From Ascidiella aspersa (Eukaryota): a DNA stretch of 64,000 nucleotides. The stretch covers positions 248,001-312,000 of the forward strand of contig OZ004610.1 in assembly GCA_963924565.1 (NCBI GenBank), read 5' to 3'. The notes beneath the pieces were generated by a model that was given only the letters and a program-made list of their open reading frames with translations, had not been told where the DNA came from and made no database searches. Every line of letters starts with the position of its first letter. Position 1 is the first letter of the stretch. Positions 52,901 to 64,000 of this stretch are shown in pieces. A program made the translations under genes and the position numbers.

Positions 52901-55900
52901 CACTTCCTTCATGTCAACGTCAGCAGGGTTGCCATTTGTCCTGCTGGGTGGAGCCGCTGTGGCTGGTCGTGGGCTAGGGGATTGGTTGAGTATGGCGGGG
53001 GTGCTGTGGGTGGAGAGGGCGTCCACCCCACTACTCAGTGACGTATCATCGTCCAACAGGAGGCCTGCGGAAAATTAAATAAAATAAAATAATCACTTTC
53101 AGTTAGTTAGTTTAGAAAAACTGTGAACGTGGCAGGAGTCTTATAATATATCACGTCAGATAAATATGGTTTCCCAGAGTAACAACGCCAAAACATTTGT
53201 TGGCTCGTGTAACAAGCTAGTATCAGAAACTCGTTAGTTGATTGCACCCATTCAAAAAGGATGTATGTGTCGAGCAGGTTGTATGGCAAGTCTAGAAAGC
53301 AAACTTATCTGCATTCAAACTGCAGTGGCTACACATTAAAAGAGTTTGTTGTTGAAATTTACCAGCGCCTACAATGCAATGTTTTCCTGCAATGACTTCG
53401 GGATAGAAATAACTAAATCTGTAGGTCGTGGATATGAATTTACAAAGGCACCAAATTTAAAGACCTGGAAGCGCAATGCAAAGTAAGTGCCACGAATGCA
53501 TAAGGTGTTAAAAATATTTCCAAGCACTTTATTACCGCAATTAGGTTTAGATACGAAACGAAATAAATAAGCAACTCTGTTGGAAAGTAAACCGACGCAC
53601 GGTCATCACAACACTGACTAGCACCACATTCCCACACAAATATATAAAACCATGTATCTCTACAGAATCCAAAACCATTAGAAGCAGGTTTCTGCTTGTC
53701 GATCACTTTTCCGCTGACGCACATATAACAATAAAATTAAAGTTTAAAACCCCCAGGATCAGACATTTTTTGTGGCCGTATAATTAATTCAACGTTAGAC
53801 CCAAAATGGCTTCCAAACGTTGTTTACCGTCAGACAATGAGCTCCTCTCCGACTCTGTCCCATCCCTGAAGCTTATAACTCCGTCCTCGTGGATTAAATC
53901 GGATGACTGGTCGATGAGTATCGAGGCGCGGTCCGAAGGTTTCTGACCAACTTTCTTGCGAAGGACGTTGATTTTACCTTCAACAACCTGCAGGTGAACA
54001 AACAAGTTGATTGGTATCAATGTTTAAGGTTTCAAATTGGTAGGATTTAAAATGTTAAAATACTAATTATTTATTTGTTTGTGCAAAAATTATAAAAACA
54101 TCGATAGCCTCGCATTTAATACTTTTTTTTGCGTAGAACTTTGGTTTACCTTAAACACCTGGTAGTAGAAATATACGACTGTTGGCAAGCAATGTTTAAG
54201 TGGTAGGGCAAAAATTTAGAATGTAATAATATCAACTATTTATTAATGCTAATATTAAAAAAAAATCCATAAAATCGCATTTAATACTTTTTTTGCTGAG
54301 TTTTAACAGCTGTACACCTATACATATGCGCACTGCCGCACTGTACAGTACACCTTGGAATCTCCAAAACGTGGTAGTGATTCTACGAGTAATTTGTGCA
54401 CTTTTAAACAAGCGAGTTTAGTTTAGGAACGCGTTTCTTTTAACAACAACCTTGCAGTAGGACACAAAGTTAAGAGTGGTCGGTGTTTTTCAAACCCGGG
54501 GTAAAAAAGTTTAGGGACCCTGCACATCTTGTAAATTAATTGACCCCGGGAAAATTTATGATCGTAAAACTACATGTTTTGCTTATTTGAAAACTAAATG
54601 CAATTATTTTGCATTTTTTAACATAGGTTTTCTAGGTTTTTTGTTTTGACGTCAATTTGTGATGTAATTTACGGACCCTAGTTATCCAAAAATTGTATTT
54701 ATAGGTACGAGTTAAAATTATTAACCGCTGTGTTAGAGGTTCAAAATAATTGTTACACTCACTTTAAATTTCCAAAAAAAATGCTAAAGTTTCGAGTTTT
54801 CTCAAAGTAACATTCCAGTGATTCCAAAACATGCCTTGAGGCTCGTAATACCGTGGAGCTTTGGTTAAATTGCACGGCTTTGGTCGGGATTAATGTATAG
54901 CTGTGCAGACAACAAACCTTCAATTGACGCCCACGGGCAAACAGGCAAACAGGCATGTAGGTGTGTCAAGGTTGATGTGACATAACATCACATTGTGGGC
55001 TAGCAAGTATGAGATATTCTGTCGATGTTATGCGAAGTTATGAAACTCTGGTGCTGCAAAACTATGTAAATGTTGAGTTGATTAATATTGTACCAACACA
55101 AATGATTTTGTGGACAAGTGATTATAAGATATTTCTGTCGATCTTATGCAATGCCGTGACACAAGCTTTAAAAACAGACTACATTGATTTGGAAATGTTC
55201 TATGATGAAATCCTGGCGTATATACCGCAGGTTTTTGGCGTAGGATTTCAGCAAAAGATACTTTGACGTAATTTTTGCGGCCACTAATCAACCTGCAATT
55301 TCTCGATATCGGAAATTTATTCAGAATTTATTTGAAATTTGCAATTTATAAATAATTTATTATTTCGTCATTTGATGTTTTTTGCACTTTAAAAACTTTA
55401 ACAAGTCACCTATTAAGAAATATGCCCTTCAAAATCCGACCTGCAATTTATCGATGGACTTCTTGTAAGATCCAAGTCGTTTCGTGCGAGTTCTCCTGTT
55501 AGCGTTCGGGTCGGCGGCGAGTTTCTTTGCTGCACTCGCGATCTGCGTGAGTATCTCGAACTCTGTCTCGAGTTGCCCGAGTTCGTCAGAAGCGTCGTTC
55601 GCCTCAGAACTGAACCCGGAGGATGAAGAAGATGCAGCTGTTACCGTGGCAACAGGGAGGTCGCGCTCCTGGAGGAAATTTAGATAGAAAAAATTAGTAT
55701 TTAAAAGATTACGCTAAAAATTGACATTTAAAAAACTAAAAAGCAGTTTGTTTTTATGTTAAGATAAATATATTTTACTCCTATGAGCACCATTAGCATT
55801 TAAACAAGAAAGTATAAAACTAACAAGTCATAAATAGTAATTGAAGATTGTTTAAAATACTGATGACATATATTTATCATATAACATCCGAACAAACTGA

Positions 55901-58900
55901 TTTTCGGTTTACCAGTTCTGTATCTTTAATCTTCATCATTGATGTTGCAATGTTTTTGGCAAAATTACGACCTTTGTTATAAAGCAACTATTGCAGGCAA
56001 AGTAGGATTGACAAAGCAGCTCAAATTAGGTGGATGAGCAAGGATTTTAGCAAATCACTACATTTTGGAGATTTATTAAGTGATACCACATTTAAATACC
56101 GGGTGTCGGTTTCGATCAACATTATTTATAAACTTTCACCAAAAAAGCAACAATGTTATTTAGAATGGTTAACAGCAAGGATACAAAGGGAAACGGTCAC
56201 AAGGAGTTGTGCAACTCGGAGCGGCACATTTCAATTGTTACGTCAAAAGTTGTGTACACTCACGTGGTTGTTCTTGTTCTTTCCTTTGAGTTTGATCTTG
56301 AACTCTGCTCCGATCCTCTTCTTGATCTTAGGTCGCTGTTCGTCGGGATCCATGTAACGGATGTATTCGGGAGGAAGCTTGCCGATTATGTCCTGGTGGA
56401 GATGGATGAGGGAGGTTATTAAGCTGGACCGGAAAGACCGGAATGTTTCCCCTGTTTCGGGATAGTGGTGGGTAAAGGTTTGGACCAGGGTTAAAATTAT
56501 TAGGGAAGTTAGTGATGAAGTTAGGGATGGGGTTTGATAAAATATTGTGTAGATAGACCTTTTCTGGCCATTAAGGTTTTATTCCGAAAAAATTAAAAAC
56601 TTTTAGAAAAACAAAAGGTTTTTAAAAGACCTTAAAATTCCAAAATTACTACAAAAACAATTGGAAACATTTAAATTTCAAAGACTTTATGGCAACGGTG
56701 GTTAAGGCAGTATATTGTCCTCAAAAACAAGAACACGAAATTAAAATAAAAAGCCCCACTCACAGCTTCCTGTAGACATAGCTTCTTGAGTTCTTGTACT
56801 TTGTCGTAGAGTCGATCCTCCAGCTCGGTTCTTCTGCTCCTGAGAGCTCCAACCATCTCCTTCTTTGCTGCTCTCACCTCAGGACTCTCATCTTTGCTCC
56901 CTGGAACAATAAACCCTTGTTACGTCACTAATATATCAGCAGTCGGGAGGCATCATTTAAATCGAACACCCGTTTAAGAATATTTGCCAATATTGTAGGG
57001 TTAAAAAAAAATTTGTTTTAAATACATTTGTTTTGTTCACCACAATATTTTTAGCGTTTTCCACATTAGCGGGTGAATGAATGGAGACTTGAGGGGGTCA
57101 AAATAAACTCACCCTTCTTAACAGTGACGTCTACATCCCTGATCTGTTTGCGCGTCATCAGTGGAGTTTCTTTAGTTGGAGCGTCCTTTAGTTGTGTGAT
57201 GAGTGAGTGTGGGTTGGAAGTAAGGTCGTTGCTAAGGTTGGTTAGGTTTGTGGCGCTTGTGAGCTTCGTCTGGTGAAAATAAAGTGGTTTAAACATACTT
57301 AAGTGAAATGTGGACAACTTAACATCAATCTTTGTTGAAAGCTGTATTTGACTAAACTTAATCTGGAGACTTTGTGGCACTGTTGGTATCTTACTGTTAA
57401 CAAGCTTTACCGTGCTTTATCAGCATTGATCAGTAAGTTAGATAATAAGCTGGTTTAAACATACACTTCAAAATAAAGTCACTACACTTTGAAATGATAT
57501 GCCTTAACTCGACTTAAGTTATTCGAACAAATGACTTGACTTGGACTTAATGTTATTTTACGAATGACTTGACTGATAATTTAGTCATTTAAAAATTCCT
57601 TGTTTGCAACACTGATATAACTAGGTGCTTATAAATATTCCTCATGATTTGGCCGAGGTCGCAGGTTCGAAACTGATTTCAGTAACAGGCTTTCCAAAAG
57701 TATACAGATACGAAAGCACACGTTAACTTATATATTATAAAACTTAATATCCTAAAAAAACGCTGTTTTAGCAACCGTGAACCAATAACTTACACTTACC
57801 TTGCTTTGTTTTCTGTCTAGGTAGTAGTGATGCTGCGAGATTGCCATGATCCATATGCACTTGATGAGAGCTGGCGATCCATACCAAGTATGCGTCTTCA
57901 CTTCATGAGTTCCGAGGGTTCGCGGGTTCGAATCCACGCCAAGGCGATCCTTAGCTCCTGTGCTGTTGATGCGAGGGCGGAAGTCGTTCACTTCGATCGA
58001 AAACTTCTTGTCGCGGAAATAAAGGTTTTCTAGTTGTCGCCAACTGAATGTCTGCACAACAAAATTTAGTTCTATAGTTTAACTAAATTTTAAACATAGG
58101 CTAGTTGATCTTACACTTTAACATAATTGTAAACAAAACGATTTTAGAAAACCATATAAAGAAGGGGTTCTTAAACTGGGATACGCGGACTAGATTAAGT
58201 GGGTTTATGAAGGCCTAATTGAAATCTTGGGACTCGGGTTATATTTGAAAAATTCAATGAATTTTAAAGGAGAAGAAAAAAAGGAAACAATGCTTTTAAA
58301 ACAGATCTTCTATGTAGTGAATTTGTATCCTATTCATCAAATAGCAAGCATGGATGCTGCATCGATATTACACCATAGTAAAAAAATCAATGCAACCTTT
58401 CAAAAGAATTCACGTTAAATTGTAAAAATCAGCTATTTTTGCAACATTTTGAAACTTCTTAGCTTAGCGACAAATAAACCCACACTTAACCCACTTTATT
58501 GTGACGTCATGCCTCGCTTTGTTGTGACGCAACAACAGACTTTAACGCTTTACTGAACACAATTAAAGAGTGGAACTTGTAAAGGAACAAATACTGCCGC
58601 GCTAAGTTGTAGGTTCAGCAGACAAATAAGAAATAACTTCGATACCTGTCAATATAAACTATAGAGTGCAGGTGAATGTGAACTTGCTAATGGTATGTTA
58701 CTGTAGAAACCTCAACTTACCGAGAAGTAGAACGTGATTAAATGCAATGCTTCGTATTAAACGATATTAAATGGACAACCTATGGCCACCACAAAACATA
58801 ATCTTTGTGTTCTTAAAGTTTTGGCTCTACAGTTTAAATGGTTGGAAGGCTAAAGTCAGGTTGTATTGTTATTACCCTATTTAACAATGCCAGGCTTTTA

Positions 58901-61900
58901 AATACAACACGTTGATAGGTGAATCGCCTTATTTTAACGTGGTCATGTTTAATGTACATCAGTGTCTGGCAAAACGTCGCACTCATGTTTTCTCTTTTTA
59001 CGCTTGGCAAGTTTCAATGGTTATCAACCGCTTCAAGGCCAGCTGGTAGCCTTTCTTCGCTCTGTGTTTGTTCCAGCGGTAAAACAACGGATTAGTCTGT
59101 TTTAGAGGGATTGTTTAACTGCGAGGTTAAGTAAAGGCTGGTCACTCGATAAAAATCTCTTTAACTAAGGTTCCTGGCGTTTCAGCAGATACAAGCTGAC
59201 CTCATCAGGTTAATAGTTGCAACTTAGATGGTTACTTTTATGACGCATACACTTTCAAATGTAAAACAGTTTCAAATCGTGTTATTAAACATGATACATC
59301 AGCCTCCAAACTTCTCGTACATTCCAATCCACCCACACAACTCAAGAAGTGGCGTGATTTAAACAACAAACGCCTGTTTGTGATGTCATAACCACTTTGT
59401 TACGTAGCATCAAGTCGCTGGACATATGGTTTCCACACTTGGCTCCCTGGCTCCTTCAGAAATATTTAAATCATCACACAATCTACTGAAAACTATGTTT
59501 AAGGCAACACTTCATCAGATTGTCCAGCAATTCTAACTGCCTTTGTGACTACGTTCTACACTATAGTGACGTCATACACAGCAAGTTTAAATGATTTAAT
59601 CATTACAACACAATAAAGTGGTTAAGGCAAGCACGAATATTGCGATGGATTTAAATTAGTTTCAAAGAAAAAATACAAAATACCATATTTCAATTTTTCT
59701 TATCGATATTGTAATAGAGACTTCGTCTGCATAACTTGTTAATATTCATATTATTTTAAACCCTCGCAACAATAAATCGATAAACGTCAGCAATATACCA
59801 CTTTCCTTGTAGCTTACCAGACAGCAGACAGCAATGTAGCTTCAGTCATACGCAGCCTCTTAATCGGATATCGTGGGTTGCAATCTGCTAACCCGGTCTC
59901 GTGCTGAGATATGATCAGATTAAGATCAACTCTGACTGAAAACTACTGTCCAAAGAGTGCCTCTGACACACATTTATAGCAACTTCAGTATAAATGATTC
60001 TGACACACACAGAATGCGTCTAACACCACAGTTGTACAATCTGCGAAGCTCTGTTCTTACAATATCGCCACGCCTTAAAAAAAATGCATAACGTGGATTA
60101 ACACTTGAACGATATTTTCTTGCATTATGACAATATTTACGTTATCTGACTGTTTATTTGGAAAAGCGTTTAATAGCTTGACGGTTGTTTTACAATGCAA
60201 GTGTTCGGTGACCGATTAAATCGTGTAAGTATTCTATAACTTGAGGTTAAAGGTCACTGAGCACATGCCGCCTTGACATTCAAGTTGTCCTTACAATTGG
60301 TGTTAATGGCTTGTCGCGGTAGGAGCTCACCTTTTTACTTATTGTTAGTGTTCCAAAATGATGTTTAGCTTACGCTTGTGCGATTCTAACAACAATGTTT
60401 TGTTTGTAATCATTTTAATTAGGAATCCACTTCACCAAACCATTGTTTTACAATGATGATAAAGACGTAAGTATCAGATCCACTCGTTTCACAAAGATTA
60501 AATCTAACCTTCCTAAACTTTCTTAAACTTCAACCTAACGAGTGGCTTCTATTGTTGCAAGCGTGTGCAGCCAACCGGAACAAAGTGGGGTTTAACTGGA
60601 AGAAGTCGGTCCTTTAAAGCCAGCACTTTGAGATTGTAAACCTGCCTGAAATCAGCTGCATCCATTTTAACGATAATTTTACATCAGTAAAATAACACAA
60701 AAACTGAATATTTTCTCTCGTTTGTTCACGAGTTAGTTCTTGTGTTATTCGAAGCGATTGTTGGTAAACTGAAAGTTGCTGAAAACAAGGCCTCAGGTAC
60801 TGTTAATGTAACCCTTTAAATTTCACCGACAACACAGATCAGTTAAATTTACCGGCCATGCTTAATTGACTTCTATAGTCCTTCTTTACTTTGATATTGC
60901 TGGAAATGGCATCTGCTTTCTACACACAGTGCTACTGTTAAATTTTAATACTGGACAAAAGTTTATTTTGCGAGTAGGATATTGAAAGGTTGAGCAAGCA
61001 CAGTTCTGAATGGATTATGAACTTGAAACATCACACAAACAGCTGCTTGCTTATGCGCTTTTCCAATCTTTAAACACTTCATTTGTTTTTGCTTAATCAT
61101 GATAGATACTTAATGTGCGCACAACGTAGAAAAGAGTTCCGTCTGTTTAAAAAGTCTTGTAAATAGAAGTTGTGGGGAAACTAGTAAAGTACAAGTGGGA
61201 CTTAAGACTGCGGGAAGCCCTCAGCGTGGATTAAACATTTCGCAGATCAAGTAAACCCACATTCCTGGTAAACAAAGGTTTTGCTGGCCAGTCCTGGGGT
61301 TGGGGCTTGGCTAACTCTGGCATTTTGTAAACTAACTAAAACACTTTTCTTTCTATTGCACATAGTAAAGGTGTGTTTAGCGATATTTCTGCTAAAAACA
61401 GAAGCTAGTACTTTCAGACTTTCGGGCAAAGCCATGCTTTTAATGCTTTAATAAGAATTATTTAAACAATAAGGAAATAAAATTTAGCCCCAGGTCCGGG
61501 TTTTACTTAAACTGGGGTCCGTTAAGTGGTTCTAGGGGTCCATAGAGCCTCATGAAAATCTTAGTGTATACTTGAAAAATATGTTCGATGAGCAGCCTGC
61601 TTAAGTCTAAATGTTCTATGACGTCATCTATAATAATTTCACGTCGATCGACGGTCGTCGCTAACAACAATACATTTATGACTTTGTGCTGACAAAGTTT
61701 TAAGGACCCCGGAATTAAGGTAATCAATAAAAATGGATTTTTTGTTACAAAGGAGTTATAAAACGGCGTTTCGACAGCAGCAGACTACTTTGCCTTATAA
61801 ACTTTGTTTGCAGAGTCGGTATTAACCTCAGCTTAAACTTATCTGTCTAAACGTCAGCTTGAACAAACCATAACCTGCCAACACTACATCCAACTCAACC

Positions 61901-62495
61901 AGTCCACATATCAGTAACATTACACTGGCTACTTACTATCTGTAGGTGCAATATTAACTAAGTCTGTCTGCTCCTAAGCTGAATTGTGAACACCTCATTC
62001 TCATATATCGGTTATTTGACATCCACTGTCAACTTCACCTCACACATTATTTGAATGTGATTTGCATAATCGACTCGTATAAAATGACGTAACAACGCAG
62101 ATTTGTTTATAATGTAGTGACGTAATATGAGGTAAAAATACGTCACAAAAATTGATTATGTGTATTACTCTTAAAAGGTTGAGAATTTACCCGCTAATGA
62201 TTTTTACAATTTTTAACAACAATCATGTCAACATCCGCCCTATGCATGTTTCAAATTTAACAAAATGTCAATGTTTCTTGAATGTATTTAAACCGGGATT
62301 TCAGTCGCACATGTGTGCACAACATCCAACAATAACGTCAGTTTTCCTAAAGCTACTTGATAGAAAAGCTCTCATTTTATAATTCATTTACCAACCAACA
62401 AAGCTTACCTTGGAAGGTGCGATTCTATCGTTGATTTGATATTGGTGAATTCCCTTGTAACTCAAACCCAACCACCAAGCTAAACCACCTTTGTC
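40949..62495 (-). CDS. FRMD4: FERM domain-containing protein 4 (FRMD4A/B-like), 3' portion; 5' exons lie beyond the window. Exons 62495-62409, 58051-57800, 57269-57113, 56900-56764, 56392-56264, 55668-55441, 53987-53828, 53064-52887, 52516-52346, 51946-51811, 51409-51206, 50580-50426, 50141-49736, 49160-49014, 47816-47730, 47376-47297, ~46868-46697, ~45649-45334, 44672-43686, 41237-40949
   Basis: FERM-C sequences DKGGLAWWLGLSYKGIHQY and FSWRQLENLYFRDKKFSIEV...WYGSPALIKCIWIMAISQHHYYLDRKQSK. CUPID region ELKKLCLQEA-DIIGKLPPEY...KIKKRIGAEFK. WHESSLD motif. C-terminal GTLV as in FRMD4B. Exon phases are consistent. Confidence 0.92.
45905..46075. repeat. Dispersed repeat family (core aaaaaggtcgagtagatcgacatc...acgttt..atacg..cttgtatcatc)
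   Basis: Related copies lie at about 1920-2000, 4185-4262, 32340-32450, 35650-35755 and 49272-49335, in both orientations. Confidence 0.7.
47910..48653. mobile_element. hAT-type non-autonomous element with intact 8-bp target-site duplication
   Basis: TIR cagcggttcttaacc ... ggttatgaaccactg, flanked by CTTTAAAG at 47902-47909 and 48654-48661. Confidence 0.88.
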
Positions 62496-62575
62496 CTAAA
62501 AAACACAAAAGCTGATTAAACATGCGTTGAAAACATACTTAAGAGTAAGTTAAAGAAACATGGAGTAATTGCAAT

Positions 62576-62799
62576 TAGGGATTTACGATAATATCGGATT
62601 GAAGCCGATACCCCATGCCTAGTAAAATAATGGGGTATTGTCCGATACTTTGATGGTATCGACGTTGATCCGATTACAACTCAACTAAATTATTTTCGAT
62701 TATTTGTCCATGGTATCGACGTCATTTTGTACCGGATCGGCGATACTTTTAACCTAATTTGTTGGCATCGGGGTGAACATTGAGCATCGAACATCCCTG
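62576..62799. mobile_element. MITE-like element rich in ccgata/tatcgg motifs
   Basis: Ends tagggat ... atccctg. Related fragments lie near 18100-18172 and 31745-31800. Confidence 0.5.
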
Positions 62800-63265
62800 A
62801 TCACAATCACCATTTTATTCAATATTTTGAACTTCCGCGCACAGATACCCTAACAACACTAACAGCCAACATCTTATTCGTTTTTCGTTTCAGTTTTGTC
62901 CGACTCCCGTACAGTTATCCTAACCTGTTCTTACATCCTTTTAACATTATCTAAGCTACAAAGTTCTACAACATATATTTTAACTTTTTTAATTCTTTAC
63001 TTTGTGCTAAAAACAAATCCTTGCGCCTGCTAGCAATGCCCCTATATAAAAATATAAAAGCGTGAGAATTAAACCTTGAAAATAATCAGAGTTTAGTGAA
63101 AGCATAATTTGCATGAACCGGATGTCCCGGAAGTTATTCGCACGTAACAATGCTTTATTTACAACGTCATAATGACATTGCGGTATTCCACAATTGTGAC
63201 GAAAAAAACAGTTTTGTTCTATTTTTTTCTTTTTTGCTTAAAGGTTTACTTGTGACTTTCCCAAC

Positions 63266-63301
63266 TGACCTGATGAAACACGGTTGTGAGAAAGCTCGTC
63301 A
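63266..63301 (+). ncRNA. Minimal type I hammerhead ribozyme-like motif
   Basis: UGAC-CUGAUGA-aa-CAC gguu GUG-a-GAAA-GC-UC-GUCA. Stem I is UGAC/GUCA, stem III is the palindrome AGCU, and the CUC cleavage triplet is present. Confidence 0.45.
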
Positions 63302-64000
63302 AGATTCTAAACAATTAAAAACAGTGCCACCTAGAATTATACAAATACTGCTCCCAACAAATGTGTGGAAAACACCAGTTGAACTCAGTTTTTTTCAATT
63401 TTTTAATGTTTTCTTTTAACGTTACAATTTACTTGGTAGCAATGCACAAGTAAGCCTTATTATGAAACGGATTTAATTACCGACTTTTGTCGCTTAATAA
63501 TTCGTCGAATAAAGAAACCTACAATTAGCAAGGAGCTTTCTCCGTGAGACACAACAGCTAATTAATCACTTTACTTAGCTGGAATCTGGTGTTTCATCTC
63601 ACAGAGGAAACTTATCTAAGCTTCGGTTCAAAGATTTCCGCATCACGTGATCTGTACTGTCTTAATTTATGTAACTGACTTGGTCATTTTACGACATTGA
63701 CGTTAAAGTGAGGGTATTTAAAAATTACTTGGCGAGTAAAATGTCCAACATCAACAAGGTATTTATATGTAACACAAACATTAAAAAGAAGTGAATCTCA
63801 AATCAAAAGTACAATCCTGTGAAACTTAGTGCAACCCTAAAACCACAAGGTACGAACAGAACGAATGTTGTTGTTGACCCAAAGTTCGAACCAGTCCTTG
63901 CAACCAAGATGCCTGTCAATTATTGTTTTCTATGCATATGCAACAATAACTAAATCATTTATACACAAGTGTAGCTTTTGAACGGACATTTAAGTCATTT

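Noticed and set aside
1-64000. An adjacent NLR/kinase partner carrying the same amyloid motif, as in fungal and bacterial gene pairs
   Set aside because: No NACHT/NB-ARC, kinase or matching motif was seen elsewhere in this window; any partner must lie outside it.

Overview
AT-rich, intron-rich eukaryotic DNA. It is most likely from an ascidian (tunicate), inferred from the gene content, compact introns and very frequent TGACGTCA words. I assembled five spliced protein-coding genes by hand from GT-AG sites and reading-frame phase. (1) A FAM185A-like gene (- strand; 3' end not resolved). (2) An unrecognised 7-exon gene (- strand, 5519-11283, about 257 aa) with a TRADD-N-like segment, a short coiled coil and a C-terminal G/N/Q-rich tail of RHIM/amyloid-signalling-like motifs built from tiny phase-1 exons. 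The ORF track shows only fragments of it, and it is the most interesting object in the window. (3) A class A GPCR (+ strand, 452 aa) with a very large acidic, Tyr-rich second extracellular loop and degenerate activation motifs. (4) A glycogenin (- strand) with two separate glycogen-synthase-binding exons, separated by a minisatellite made of copies of a 3' splice site. (5) The 3' part of a FRMD4A/B-like gene (- strand). Non-coding DNA contains MITEs, hAT-type elements, tRNA-derived SINE heads, a local duplication and several Penelope-type minimal hammerhead ribozyme motifs. All gene models are manual predictions without transcript support.
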